From assembly GCA_046290225.1 (NCBI GenBank), contig JBKAGE010000038.1, positions 192,001-256,000 on the forward strand: DNA of 64,000 bases, written 5' to 3'. The DNA is from Bradymonadia bacterium (lineage in GTDB: Bacteria > Myxococcota_A > Bradymonadia > UBA7976 > UBA1532). The notes beneath the pieces are model-generated. The model saw nothing but the letters and a program-made list of their open reading frames with translations, made no database searches and was not told the origin of the DNA. Made by a program: the position numbers and the translations under genes. Below are positions 28,266 to 37,491 of the stretch, piece after piece. Within the stretch, counting starts at the first letter, position 1. Every line of letters begins with the position of its first letter.

Positions 28266-29093
28266 CTACCCCTCTGGGAGGGCTTTGCGGCGAATCAGCC
28301 CGCCCACCCCTTTGAGGGCAGCTCGCATGACCGGCCGGGGCGTGGCCCTGCCCATGGAGACGAGAGCGCTCATGAGGTGACCGGGCACCACGAGGGGCTT
28401 GCCCCTGGCGAAGGCCTTGAGGGTGGCCCTGGCGCACTCGTCGGCGGTGAGGGTGACCGACTTTGGCGGTGGGCGCCCGATCGGGTTGCCCGCCACGGCT
28501 TCGAACTCCGTGGACACGGGCCCGGGGCACGACTGGGTCACCGCCACCCCCGTGCCAGCGAGCTCGATCCGCAGGGACTCGGTGAAGCCAGTGACATAGT
28601 GCTTGCTGCCCACGTACACCGAGAGGCCAGGCATGAATGTCAGCCCGAACCCGGAGCTGATGTTCAAGATGCCCCCTCGTCCTCGAGCCACCATGGGCCC
28701 CATGAGGGCGTGGGTCAGGTAGGTGAGGGCCACCACGTTCACGTTCAACATCTGCTCGAGCTTCGACCAGTCGGCATGCTCGAGCAGCGCAAAGTCACCA
28801 AAGCCAGCGTTGTTCACCAGCACGTCGACATTGCCGAGCGCCTTGTCGGTGGCGGCGAGCATGGCGTCGACGGCCTCGCGGTCGGCGAGATCACACGGCT
28901 GTACGGTCACCACAAGATCAGGGTTCACCGCGAGCAGGTCTGCCTCGAGGGCTTCGAGGCGGCTGCGGCGCCGGGCCACCAGGGCGATGCCCCGGACCAT
29001 GGGGGCCAGCTGCAGCGCCATGGCCCGCCCGATGCCCGAGGAAGCCCCGGTGAGCAGCACATTGCTCCCTTCGATCGGCGGTCTGGCACCCAT
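28266..29093 (-). CDS. SDR-family oxidoreductase
   Basis: TGASSGIG, NNAG and YVGSK. Confidence 0.92.
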   Translation of the reverse strand: MGARPPIEGSNVLLTGASSGIGRAMALQLAPMVRGIALVARRRSRLEALEADLLAVNPDLVVTVQPCDLADREAVDAMLAATDKALGNVDVLVNNAGFGDFALLEHADWSKLEQMLNVNVVALTYLTHALMGPMVARGRGGILNISSGFGLTFMPGLSVYVGSKHYVTGFTESLRIELAGTGVAVTQSCPGPVSTEFEAVAGNPIGRPPPKSVTLTADECARATLKAFARGKPLVVPGHLMSALVSMGRATPRPVMRAALKGVGGLIRRKALPEG

Positions 29094-29581
29094 CAGGGCC
29101 TCCCTTCGTCGAGTCGATCGAGCAAGACCTCACAGGCCCCATAGACCAGCTGATACACGTGCTCGAAGCCATTGGGCCCGCCGTAGTACGGATCAGGCAC
29201 CTCCCGCGTGGGCGGATCGGACAGCTCGTCGAGCAGCAGACCCACCTCGGCGGTGGCGCCCTGAGGGGCCCGGGCGCGGATGTCCCGCAGGTTGCTGTGA
29301 TCCATGGCCATGACCACGTCGAAGCGGTTGAGATCGGCAGGCAGGAACTTTCGGGCACGCTGCGCAGTGAGATCGATGCCGTGGCTGCGGGCCACCTCGA
29401 TGCTCCGCGGATCAGGCAGCTCCCCAGCGTGCCAGCCGCCGGTGCCCGCCGAGTCGATCTCGAAAGCATCACTCAGCCCCCGAGCCTCGACGAGGTGGCG
29501 AAAGATCCCCTCGCCGAGGGGGGATCGGCAAATATTGCCAAGACAGACAAAGAGCACCCGCTTCACCAACTCGTCTCCCAT
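29093..29581 (-). CDS. Low-molecular-weight protein-tyrosine phosphatase
   Basis: VCLGNICRSP, DSAGT and VPDPYYG. Confidence 0.95.
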   Translation of the reverse strand: MGDELVKRVLFVCLGNICRSPLGEGIFRHLVEARGLSDAFEIDSAGTGGWHAGELPDPRSIEVARSHGIDLTAQRARKFLPADLNRFDVVMAMDHSNLRDIRARAPQGATAEVGLLLDELSDPPTREVPDPYYGGPNGFEHVYQLVYGACEVLLDRLDEGRP

Positions 29582-29603
29582 CGATCCCGCTCGGGATCAT
29601 CAC

Positions 29604-30722
29604 TCACTTCAGGCGGATCCAGCGTCCGCCGGTGTACTGGCCCCCACTCGGCGCCGAAGCGCCGAGCACGTAGATCGCCCGCCGATTCCGGGCTTCGTCT
29701 ACCCCGTCGGCGGTCTGCACCGCCAGCCCCGACTCGCCGAAGCCCTGATAATAGATCGGCAACCGCACACCGTGGGCGCGAAACCACGTGGCGATGGCCT
29801 TCGCCCGGGCGGTGCTCAGGGTACGGTTGTCGGCGGCGTTGCCCACCGTGTCGGTGTAGCCGCCGATGTAGAGCCGGGCCTCGAGCACGTTGCCCCACTT
29901 CTTCACATAGCCGTTGAGCACCTCCAGGGCCTTGTGCAGCTTCGGCGACTCTGGAGCCTCGATCTCGGCGCTGTTGGTGGCGAAGACCACATCTTCGTGG
30001 GGCAGCTCGACGAAGAAGGGCGTGAGGGTGAGCGTGTAGTTCTGGGCTTCGTGGGCATCGAAGACCATGAGCTTGACGTCCTTGATCTCCACGTCTTCTC
30101 CAGGGGGCGTCCACTCCAGGGTGAACCGACCCCCCTTAGGACCGCCCTGCCCGGTGAGATCGAGGGCCTCGTCCACCACAGTGGTACCTTCAATGTCAGT
30201 CACCGTCACGCTGCCGCGGCCGAGGGGCTGGTTGGCCGAGATCACCGCCCTGCCTTCTTCGAGGTAGATGTCCTTCTTCTCGATGCCCACCTTCAGAGGC
30301 GAGGTGACGTGCAGATCGAACTCGAAGTTCACCGTCTCGGGGCCGGCATCGAAGGTACCCGTGACCTCAGCGGACCAGTGGGTGGTGCCTTGAGGCGGCT
30401 TGAACTTGACCTTGTGCTTCTTGCCTGCAGGCAGGGACTTGATCTTGAAGACCTGTACCCGCTTCTTGCGATCGTTGCTCAGCCTCACCTTCACCTGCTT
30501 CACCGGCGCTGAAGGTACCAACATCAGAAAGGCGGTCTGGCCTTTGTGCACCACGGTGGAGTGGCCATACTGCCAGCGTGGCGCTTCGGCCTGCGCGGGG
30601 CGGCTTGCGAGGCTCAACGCGAGCAGCAGGGAGAGCGCCAAAATCGAGGCAAAGCCCGATGCGGCGGAGAAACGTTGAGTCCACAGCGGAGAGGGGTTCA
30701 TCATGCGAGGCATCTTGACCAA
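29604..30722 (-). CDS. OmpA-family peptidoglycan-binding protein
   Basis: VVFATNSAEI, GYTDTVG...NRTLSTARA and NRRAIY, with a signal peptide. The exact start is uncertain. Confidence 0.88.
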   Translation of the reverse strand: MVKMPRMMNPSPLWTQRFSAASGFASILALSLLLALSLASRPAQAEAPRWQYGHSTVVHKGQTAFLMLVPSAPVKQVKVRLSNDRKKRVQVFKIKSLPAGKKHKVKFKPPQGTTHWSAEVTGTFDAGPETVNFEFDLHVTSPLKVGIEKKDIYLEEGRAVISANQPLGRGSVTVTDIEGTTVVDEALDLTGQGGPKGGRFTLEWTPPGEDVEIKDVKLMVFDAHEAQNYTLTLTPFFVELPHEDVVFATNSAEIEAPESPKLHKALEVLNGYVKKWGNVLEARLYIGGYTDTVGNAADNRTLSTARAKAIATWFRAHGVRLPIYYQGFGESGLAVQTADGVDEARNRRAIYVLGASAPSGGQYTGGRWIRLK

Positions 30723-30776
30723 TCATCCTTGAGTGACGCCGAGGGTCTCGTATGTACCCCAGCAGAGGAGAGAGTT

Positions 30777-31595
30777 GTGAGTGAAGTGAGCGCGAGGCCG
30801 AGTGAAATCTTTCGAGCGGACCTGCTCGCCGGCAAGGTGGTGGTGATCACGGGCGGGGGTACGGGCATCGGCCGCAGCATCACTGAGGAGTGTCTGGCCC
30901 TCGGCGCGAAGGTGGCCATCGGCGCTCGCAAGGTCGACCGGCTCGAAGCGGCAGCCCAGGAGATGCGCGACGCCACCGGAGGCGAGGTCTTCGCCCACGC
31001 CCTCAACATTCGCGATCCGGAGTCGGTGGAAGCCTTCGTCGCCGCCACCGAGGAAGCCCTGGGCCCCATCGACACGTTGGTGAACAACGCCGGCGGCCAG
31101 TTCCCGGCGCCGGCGGAGATGATCCCCCCCAAGGGCTGGCGGGCGGTCATCGACACCAACCTCAACGGCACCTGGTACATGTGCCAGGCCGTGGGCCAGC
31201 GGATGATCGATCGCGGCACCGGCGGCCACATGGTGCAAATCGTCGCCAACATGTGGCGAGGGTTCCCCGGCATGGCCCACACCGGCGCCGCCCGGGCGGG
31301 GGTGGTGAACCTCACCAAGACTCTGGCCCTGGAGTGGGCCAAGCATCAGATTCAGGTGAACGCCGTGGCCCCAGGTGTGATCCAGTCCAGCGGCCTCGAC
31401 ACCTACGACGACGCCGTAAAAGAGGCCCTCTTCGCCGATCTGCCCAAGCACGTGCCTCTCAAACGCCTCGGCGTAGTGGAAGACGTGGCCTGGTCGGTGG
31501 TGTACCTGATCAGCCCCGCAGGCCGCTTCATCACCGGCGAGACGATCTGTGTCGACGGCGGGCAAGCCCACTGGGGCACGGTCTTCGAGGTCTGA
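30777..31595 (+). CDS. SDR oxidoreductase (trans-2-enoyl-/2,4-dienoyl-CoA reductase-like)
   Basis: TGGGTGIG, NNAGGQF and GMAHTGAARAGV. GTG start follows a GAGGAG RBS. Confidence 0.88.
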   Translation: MSEVSARPSEIFRADLLAGKVVVITGGGTGIGRSITEECLALGAKVAIGARKVDRLEAAAQEMRDATGGEVFAHALNIRDPESVEAFVAATEEALGPIDTLVNNAGGQFPAPAEMIPPKGWRAVIDTNLNGTWYMCQAVGQRMIDRGTGGHMVQIVANMWRGFPGMAHTGAARAGVVNLTKTLALEWAKHQIQVNAVAPGVIQSSGLDTYDDAVKEALFADLPKHVPLKRLGVVEDVAWSVVYLISPAGRFITGETICVDGGQAHWGTVFEV

Positions 31596-31605
31596 GCGCG
31601 CCTTC

Positions 31606-33141
31606 ATGCTGATCTCGAGAGCCTTCATCACGACCTGTCTGCTTCTGCCCGGAGCGGCCTTCGCTCAGAGCGAGACCGATCGAGAGGCAGAGATGTTCGG
31701 TGCGCCGGCCGATGAACCCGGCAGAGCCGACTCCACGAGGGTGGAGACGACCCCCGCAAAGCCCTCTCCAGAGCCGCGCTCTTCCGGTGACCCCAAACCA
31801 GACAACCGGGAGGCGGAGATGTTCGGCGCCCCTGGGACTTCGCCTTCTCCAACCCCACCTTCGACCCAGCCGCCTACCCCCTCTTCGGGGTTGCTGGGTT
31901 TCGGCGGCCTCGGCGCCGAAAGCCTGGCCATCGGCGGCCGCCTGCTCAGCCGTCTCGAGACCACGCTGAGCGAGGAGACCGATCTCAAAGACCAGTTCAT
32001 CAGCGCCCCGAATCTGTTCGACGTCTACCTCGACGGGCGCCCCACCGATCGCCTGCGGGTCTACTTTCGAGGGCGGATCCTCTACACACCCACTGCAGGT
32101 GGTGGCAACCAGTCCACCAGCGATGGCAGCACTGATCCGCTGGCAGGCTTGAGCGGCCAGCAAGTCACCCGACAGCTCGACCAGCTGTGGATGAAGTTCG
32201 ATGTCGACCGCACATACTTCTTCACCATTGGGGCCCAGCCGATTCGCTGGAGCACTGGCCGTGTATGGACCCCCACCGACTTCGTGAATCAGAACCTGCT
32301 CGATCCCCTGGCCCTGGCAGATCTGCGGACCGGCGTCGGTGCCGCCCGTATGCACGTGCCCCTCTTCGACGGCACGGTGAACCTCTACACGCTGTTGCTC
32401 TTCGACGGCGCCAACACCCTCGGCGATGTCGGCGGGGCCTTCCGCCTCGAGGGTGCAGTCGACACAGCGGAGGTGGCCCTCTCTGCGGCGACGGGTCGCG
32501 GACAGCCTGCTCGTGTGGGCGTCGATCTTTCTGCAGGTGTGGGCCCCATCGAGCTGCGGGGCGAGGTGGCCCTTTCCTCAGAGCAGCAACGGCTCACCCC
32601 CGACGGGCTCACCTCGGCCACCGTACAGCCGTGGCTCGATACGCTGCCTGAGGCTCCGGCCCCTGTGGATCACCCCTTCGTGCAGGCCATGACCGGCTTC
32701 GAATGGGAGATCAGCTATGGCGAGGACGACAGCGAGACGCTGTTCCTCGGCGCGGAGTACTATTACAACCAGGCGGGCATCACGAACCCCGAGGTCTACC
32801 CGGCGCTGCTGCTCACGGGGAACTATCGACCCTTCTATGTGGGCGAACACTATGGCGCCGTCTTTTTGCTGCTCCCCTCCCCTGGTGATTGGGATGCCAG
32901 CAGCTTCATCCTCACCGCCATCAGCAACTTGAGCGATCGCTCCGGGGTGGTCCGGCTCAACACCTCGTTCACAGTCCTCGACAAGCTCTCGGTGCAGCCC
33001 TTCGTCTCTGGGCGCTTTGGTCCCAAGGGCAGCGAGTTCAGACTGGCCCTCGATCTGCCTGCGGTGGGTGATCTCACCCCTGAGGTCTCGGTGCCCGCCC
33101 CCATCGCCGATGTGGGCATCTGGCTGAGCCTCGGGTTTTGA
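31606..33141 (+). CDS. Outer-membrane beta-barrel protein
   Basis: Signal peptide (AFA|Q), duplicated REAEMFGAP, TIGAQPIRWSTG...PTDF and a C-terminal Phe (WLSLGF). Confidence 0.75.
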   Translation: MLISRAFITTCLLLPGAAFAQSETDREAEMFGAPADEPGRADSTRVETTPAKPSPEPRSSGDPKPDNREAEMFGAPGTSPSPTPPSTQPPTPSSGLLGFGGLGAESLAIGGRLLSRLETTLSEETDLKDQFISAPNLFDVYLDGRPTDRLRVYFRGRILYTPTAGGGNQSTSDGSTDPLAGLSGQQVTRQLDQLWMKFDVDRTYFFTIGAQPIRWSTGRVWTPTDFVNQNLLDPLALADLRTGVGAARMHVPLFDGTVNLYTLLLFDGANTLGDVGGAFRLEGAVDTAEVALSAATGRGQPARVGVDLSAGVGPIELRGEVALSSEQQRLTPDGLTSATVQPWLDTLPEAPAPVDHPFVQAMTGFEWEISYGEDDSETLFLGAEYYYNQAGITNPEVYPALLLTGNYRPFYVGEHYGAVFLLLPSPGDWDASSFILTAISNLSDRSGVVRLNTSFTVLDKLSVQPFVSGRFGPKGSEFRLALDLPAVGDLTPEVSVPAPIADVGIWLSLGF

Positions 33142-33149
33142 GGCATGCC

Positions 33150-33196
33150 TGAATGGCTGTGTTCTGTGAATGGCTGTGCTCTATGAATGGCAGTGC
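33150..33196 (+). repeat. Three 17-bp intergenic tandem direct repeats
   Basis: TGAATGGCTGTGTTCTG / TGAATGGCTGTGCTCTA / TGAATGGCAGTGC. Confidence 0.85.
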
Positions 33197-33247
33197 GGCA
33201 GGCGCGTCCTGCCAGGCCAGCGCTTCAGCGGTTCGAGAGGAGAAGAG

Positions 33248-33625
33248 ATGATGCGGGCAGCGCCCACCATGGGTTTGATGATGCTTCTCAGCGCAGGATG
33301 GCTCTGTGCGGGCTGTGGGGGCACCCAGCTCAACCCCGAGCAAACTCAGGAGTACGAGAAGCTCACCGCTGAGCGGGCTCAAATGCAGCAGAAGCTCGGT
33401 CAGGCTAGGCGTAAAGCCGACGCCGCCTTCGACAAGGCAGGCAGCCTCGAAAAACGCAAGAAGGGCATCTTCAAGCAAGTGGTGCTCTGTGGCGCCAAAG
33501 CCGATGGCCAGGCCTTTGGCCCCATGCCCTTCACGGGCAAGAAGAAAGCGCGTCTCAAGAAGAGCGGCACCCGCAAGCTCGGCAACCAAAGCTGTACTGC
33601 CTACACCTTGGAGGTGAAGAAATGA
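33248..33625 (+). CDS. Basic lipoprotein with a coiled coil
   Basis: Lipobox CAGC, Lys-rich, ATGA-coupled to the next gene. Confidence 0.7.
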   Translation: MMRAAPTMGLMMLLSAGWLCAGCGGTQLNPEQTQEYEKLTAERAQMQQKLGQARRKADAAFDKAGSLEKRKKGIFKQVVLCGAKADGQAFGPMPFTGKKKARLKKSGTRKLGNQSCTAYTLEVKK

Positions 33626-34308
33626 GAGTGGCCCTCTTCATCTCCCTCATGCTCTTCACGCTCGCAGGCTGCGCCACCACCGAAGCCGATCTCAAGCGCC
33701 TGCGCGGCGAAGTGGGTACTCAACGCACCGAGCTGCGCTCGGTGGAGTCCGCCGGTGACTCCGTGACGCGCTACACCAATATGCTCAACGGCAAGAGCAA
33801 GGGCCGGCGCATGCTCATCGGTAGAGATGCGCTGCTGCGGGTGTTCAAAGGGCACATGCCCTACCAGTTCAAGGGCGACCGGCTCAGCAAACGCATCAAA
33901 GGCAACTTCACGCTGTCGAACGTCCGCGACTTCAAGCTGTTGTCCCGAAACCGCGCCCAGTGGCGATGGGACTTCAAGGGCAAAGGGGTGTCCGTGAACC
34001 TCAAAGGCGTCTTCGGCGCCTCTAAAAAAGACGCCACCAAGGCCAAAGAAGCCCTCGAGGGTGGCGGCACCCTGCTCATGGAGGGCTGGCTGTGGGTGGA
34101 TGGCCCCAAAGGCGTGCTTCGGGTGAACGCCCGATGCCGGAAAGCCAGCCTCAAACGCCACAACAGTAGCCGAAACCAGGGTTTCGTCTGCGACGGCTCC
34201 AACAACAAGCTGTTCCGTCATCAGCAGGCAGTGCCGCTCCCCAAGGCCATGCGGGGCAAGAAGGTCAAGGCCATGACCACGGCCAATCATCTCATCTTGC
34301 TCGACTGA
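33622..34308 (+). CDS. Basic lipoprotein
   Basis: Lipobox LAGC; Lys/Arg-rich beta-rich domain. Confidence 0.75.
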   Translation: MRVALFISLMLFTLAGCATTEADLKRLRGEVGTQRTELRSVESAGDSVTRYTNMLNGKSKGRRMLIGRDALLRVFKGHMPYQFKGDRLSKRIKGNFTLSNVRDFKLLSRNRAQWRWDFKGKGVSVNLKGVFGASKKDATKAKEALEGGGTLLMEGWLWVDGPKGVLRVNARCRKASLKRHNSSRNQGFVCDGSNNKLFRHQQAVPLPKAMRGKKVKAMTTANHLILLD

Positions 34309-34363
34309 CCCACAGGGGGGTGACCAGCCATGCTAGGCTGAGCTCCGGAGAGAGGAGCGCCCC

Positions 34364-35770
34364 TTGACCCTACCCCCCCTCGACGGCCCTGCCAGGGCGT
34401 TGATGTTGTTGACCGCGTGCAGCCTCGGCGGCTGCCTCGCCGAGTTCCCTGCCGAAGGCACCTCGAGTGCTGAAGCAGGTTCTGGCGATGTGAGCGTCGC
34501 CGGTGACAGCTTCACCCCTGACTTTGCCCTTGGGGGTGCAGGCGGTGCAGATGCCACACGCGCTGACAGCGCCCTCCCCTCCGCTGACGAGGGCATGCCT
34601 GATCTCGACGTCTCCGATGCAGAGACTGACGATATGGGTGCGCCAGATCTCGACGTGCCCGATCTCGATCTGCCTGACCTCAACCTCCCCGATGCCGAGG
34701 CACCCGACATCGGCCTGCTCGATGCAGAGGTTGCCGACCTGGGCCCCTCTGATCTCGGCCTCGACGACGCACAACTCCCCGACATGGCCCCCATCGACGC
34801 AGGTCCTGCGGACATGGGTCTGCCCGACGCTGACGTCGCCGACATGGATCCGCCTGATCTCGACGTACCGGATCTCGCTCTGCCCGACGCCAACATCCCC
34901 GACGCCGCCCTCGCCGACGCTGGCCCCCAGGTAGAAGCATGCACGGGCCTCGACGACGATCTCGACGGGCTCGTCGACGAAGGCAGAGTCTGTGGGCCCT
35001 TCATCGCCTCTCGCTGTCAGGTGATCCTGGGCTGGTCCGACAGCGACAACGGTCCCAGCGGCGACTGGGATGGCGGCCCGGCGGACTTCTGGTCCACCTG
35101 CCCTCCTGACGCCCGCAACAACGACGGCGCCCGCCGATGCGTGGCCACTCGGGGTCAGAGCCTGTTCCGAGGGATGGAGATCGGCGGCGGCATGGACGCC
35201 AACGATCAGATGGGCGTGGCTTTTCTCTGTGACGACGAGGATCGCCCCGACATCGCCGCCTGGATCCAGAGCCGCTGCGCCGTTTACCTGGCCCACGCCG
35301 ACTTCAACCGCGGACCAGGAGAAGGCAGCCCCACCTGGGGTCCGTGCCCTGAGGAAGAAGAAGGCGTAGGCCCCGAGGGGCTCATTCGATGCACATCCTC
35401 GGGCTACGACGGCCGTTTCCGCCCCATCTACCTCACCGGGGTGGTGAACCAGGATGATCGCTTTGGCGTAGCCTTCATCTGTGATGATCTCGTCCAGCCT
35501 CAGCGGGCTGAGGCCGTGCAGGCCTCTGCAGAGGTGTTCCTCGGTTGGGCCAACGATGATCGCGATGTCGGTGACAACGCCCTCGATCGGGACAGCTTCG
35601 GCGGGTGTCCGGGTGAGCTGAGAGACAATGGCGGTGACGTACGCTGTGTCAGCTCTCAAGGTGATGGCGGGTTCCACCTGTTCAACATCGGCGCTGACTC
35701 AGTTGGAGACCGGCCGGGCTTCTTCACCCGGATCATCTCGATCTTCTCCATCGCGCTGCGGGCTCGGTGA
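34364..35770 (+). CDS. Lipoprotein with an Asp/Pro-rich stalk, a MopE-like metal-binding motif and three tandem Cys-containing domains
   Basis: Lipobox LGGC, PDLD.PD repeats, EACTGLDDDLDGLVDEG and three roughly 85-aa repeats. Confidence 0.75.
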   Translation: MTLPPLDGPARALMLLTACSLGGCLAEFPAEGTSSAEAGSGDVSVAGDSFTPDFALGGAGGADATRADSALPSADEGMPDLDVSDAETDDMGAPDLDVPDLDLPDLNLPDAEAPDIGLLDAEVADLGPSDLGLDDAQLPDMAPIDAGPADMGLPDADVADMDPPDLDVPDLALPDANIPDAALADAGPQVEACTGLDDDLDGLVDEGRVCGPFIASRCQVILGWSDSDNGPSGDWDGGPADFWSTCPPDARNNDGARRCVATRGQSLFRGMEIGGGMDANDQMGVAFLCDDEDRPDIAAWIQSRCAVYLAHADFNRGPGEGSPTWGPCPEEEEGVGPEGLIRCTSSGYDGRFRPIYLTGVVNQDDRFGVAFICDDLVQPQRAEAVQASAEVFLGWANDDRDVGDNALDRDSFGGCPGELRDNGGDVRCVSSQGDGGFHLFNIGADSVGDRPGFFTRIISIFSIALRAR

Positions 35771-35910
35771 GCCTGCGTCACTCGATGGAGTGATGCTCGA
35801 TGCAGTGATGACCTGCGCCATCAGGCGAATACGTCAGCAGAATGAGATGGGGAAGGTTCGAGCGGTGAGATGCTCAGGTGGGGGCCGAGTGCATGACTCG
35901 GCAGCTGGAC

Positions 35911-36438
35911 TCAGTTGCCGTTGAAGAAGGCAGCGGCGTCCTTGGCGCAGGCGGGGCCGGCCTTGGCGATGGTCTTGCCGATGGCCTTCCAGAAGGCCTG
36001 GCGGGCGCTGCGGCAAGCCTGGTCACGGTAGGCGTTGCGGCACTCGGTCTTGCAGTTACGGGCGGCCTGGCGGTTGCCCCTCTTGGCACCCTTGGCGGCG
36101 GCGTTGCAGCTCTTCTTGCACTGGCGCTTGGCCTTGCCCTTCTTGCCCTTGCACTCGGACTTGCAGTCGCGGCGATCGGCGCGGACGTCCTTGTTGGCGC
36201 CACGCTTGGCCTGACGGCAGGTCTTCTTGCAGTTGCGCAGCTGGGCGCATCCCTGACGCATGGTCTGCCAGGCGTTGCCGACGTCACCAGCGTTGGCGCC
36301 GATCTTCTGGGCGCAATCGGTCTTGATGGCGTCCTCGCCCATCTCGATGAGCTCACCCACGTTGACCTTGCCGGCGAAGGCAGGGCTGGCAACCATGAAC
36401 ATGCTGGCGCTGATCAGGGCAAACAGGATCTTCTTCAT
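35911..36438 (-). CDS. Secreted cationic Cys-rich protein with four CKxxC motifs
   Basis: Signal peptide (PAFA|G); CKKTC, CKSEC, CKKSC and CKTEC; GGAGAG RBS. Confidence 0.8.
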   Translation of the reverse strand: MKKILFALISASMFMVASPAFAGKVNVGELIEMGEDAIKTDCAQKIGANAGDVGNAWQTMRQGCAQLRNCKKTCRQAKRGANKDVRADRRDCKSECKGKKGKAKRQCKKSCNAAAKGAKRGNRQAARNCKTECRNAYRDQACRSARQAFWKAIGKTIAKAGPACAKDAAAFFNGN

Positions 36439-36684
36439 GAGTCTCTCCCCCAGACCGTTCGTGCGGTCTGATTTGGTGCCGGGCTCCCCCCCGACAGTAG
36501 GTTGGGTGGACAGCCAACAGGCCGCCCGAAGTAATCGATGCTTTACGTCAGGAACTTGAGGCCACCGTTCTCCCTGGCTCTACACGAATTGGGTGGACCA
36601 TTTTTTCTGACATGAGCATGTGTCGTGTGAAGACTTTCGACGTGGCCACGACGGGCCTGACGAACTTTCTTATTCAACGTGGGC

Positions 36685-37488
36685 TCATTTTTTTCCATTT
36701 TTTTGCCACTCGCCCTGTAACGGGTCGAGATATCTGCCAAACCGCCACCTGCCCTCAGGGGCGAACATGGCTGATTCCCCTGCGCGGCGTTTGAAAAAAA
36801 ATGTCGGGTCGCGTGTCCAATGACCTCCGCGCAATGTTTTGGGCAGGTCTGGATGCAGGTAGGTGCTCAACATCAACTCGTTCACGAGGGCCGGCGTGTC
36901 ATAGAGCGCCGTGGTCGTCGAGGGCCCTGCTTCCACCACCACGACCTGTGGCTGCGCAGCGAGAAGCTGTACGACACCCCGAGCAGTGAGCTCTGCGTGG
37001 CCGACGATCTCCACAGATGATGGCGCCCTTGTTTTGAGTGCGGTGATGACTTCTGAAGGCACATGCAGTTGCACCCGCTGCCCGGTGTGAAACGCCGGAT
37101 GGTGGAAATCCAGAGCATGACCAGACGTCAACACAGCCAATGTCGGCGCCCCAGGGCCCATGCGCGCGTGCCTCCACAGCCTCAGCCCTTCGGGCAGCAG
37201 CCCCGGGCCCTGAAGCGTGTAGCGCACCTCTGGCTCCGCCCGAAGAATGGCCCCCGTCGTCAAGATCACCCCCGCTCGAGCCCGAGCGAGGTTGAGGGCG
37301 AAAGCATCCCAGGGAGATCGAGGGCTCTCTTCGGTGATGCGGATGACCTGCAGGCTGCCTGCGGGGCTCTGCCACATGGCCGCGACGTGAATCACCGAGG
37401 GTAGGTCGAGTTCGAGGGGGCCGCCGTACAGCGCAGCGACGAGGGCGTCGACCTCATCTGCGGTGCCTGCGGAGTGGGGACTGATCAC
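36685..37488 (-). CDS. RibD C-terminal/DHFR-like reductase family protein
   Basis: RARAGVILTTGAILRAE, AVLTSG, VVVEAGP and LVNELMLS. Confidence 0.65.
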   Translation of the reverse strand: MISPHSAGTADEVDALVAALYGGPLELDLPSVIHVAAMWQSPAGSLQVIRITEESPRSPWDAFALNLARARAGVILTTGAILRAEPEVRYTLQGPGLLPEGLRLWRHARMGPGAPTLAVLTSGHALDFHHPAFHTGQRVQLHVPSEVITALKTRAPSSVEIVGHAELTARGVVQLLAAQPQVVVVEAGPSTTTALYDTPALVNELMLSTYLHPDLPKTLRGGHWTRDPTFFFKRRAGESAMFAPEGRWRFGRYLDPLQGEWQKNGKK

Positions 37489-37491
37489 GCC

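Noticed and set aside
34590..34925. DNA repeat array or mobile element
   Set aside because: The similarity is explained by a low-complexity Asp/Pro coding linker.
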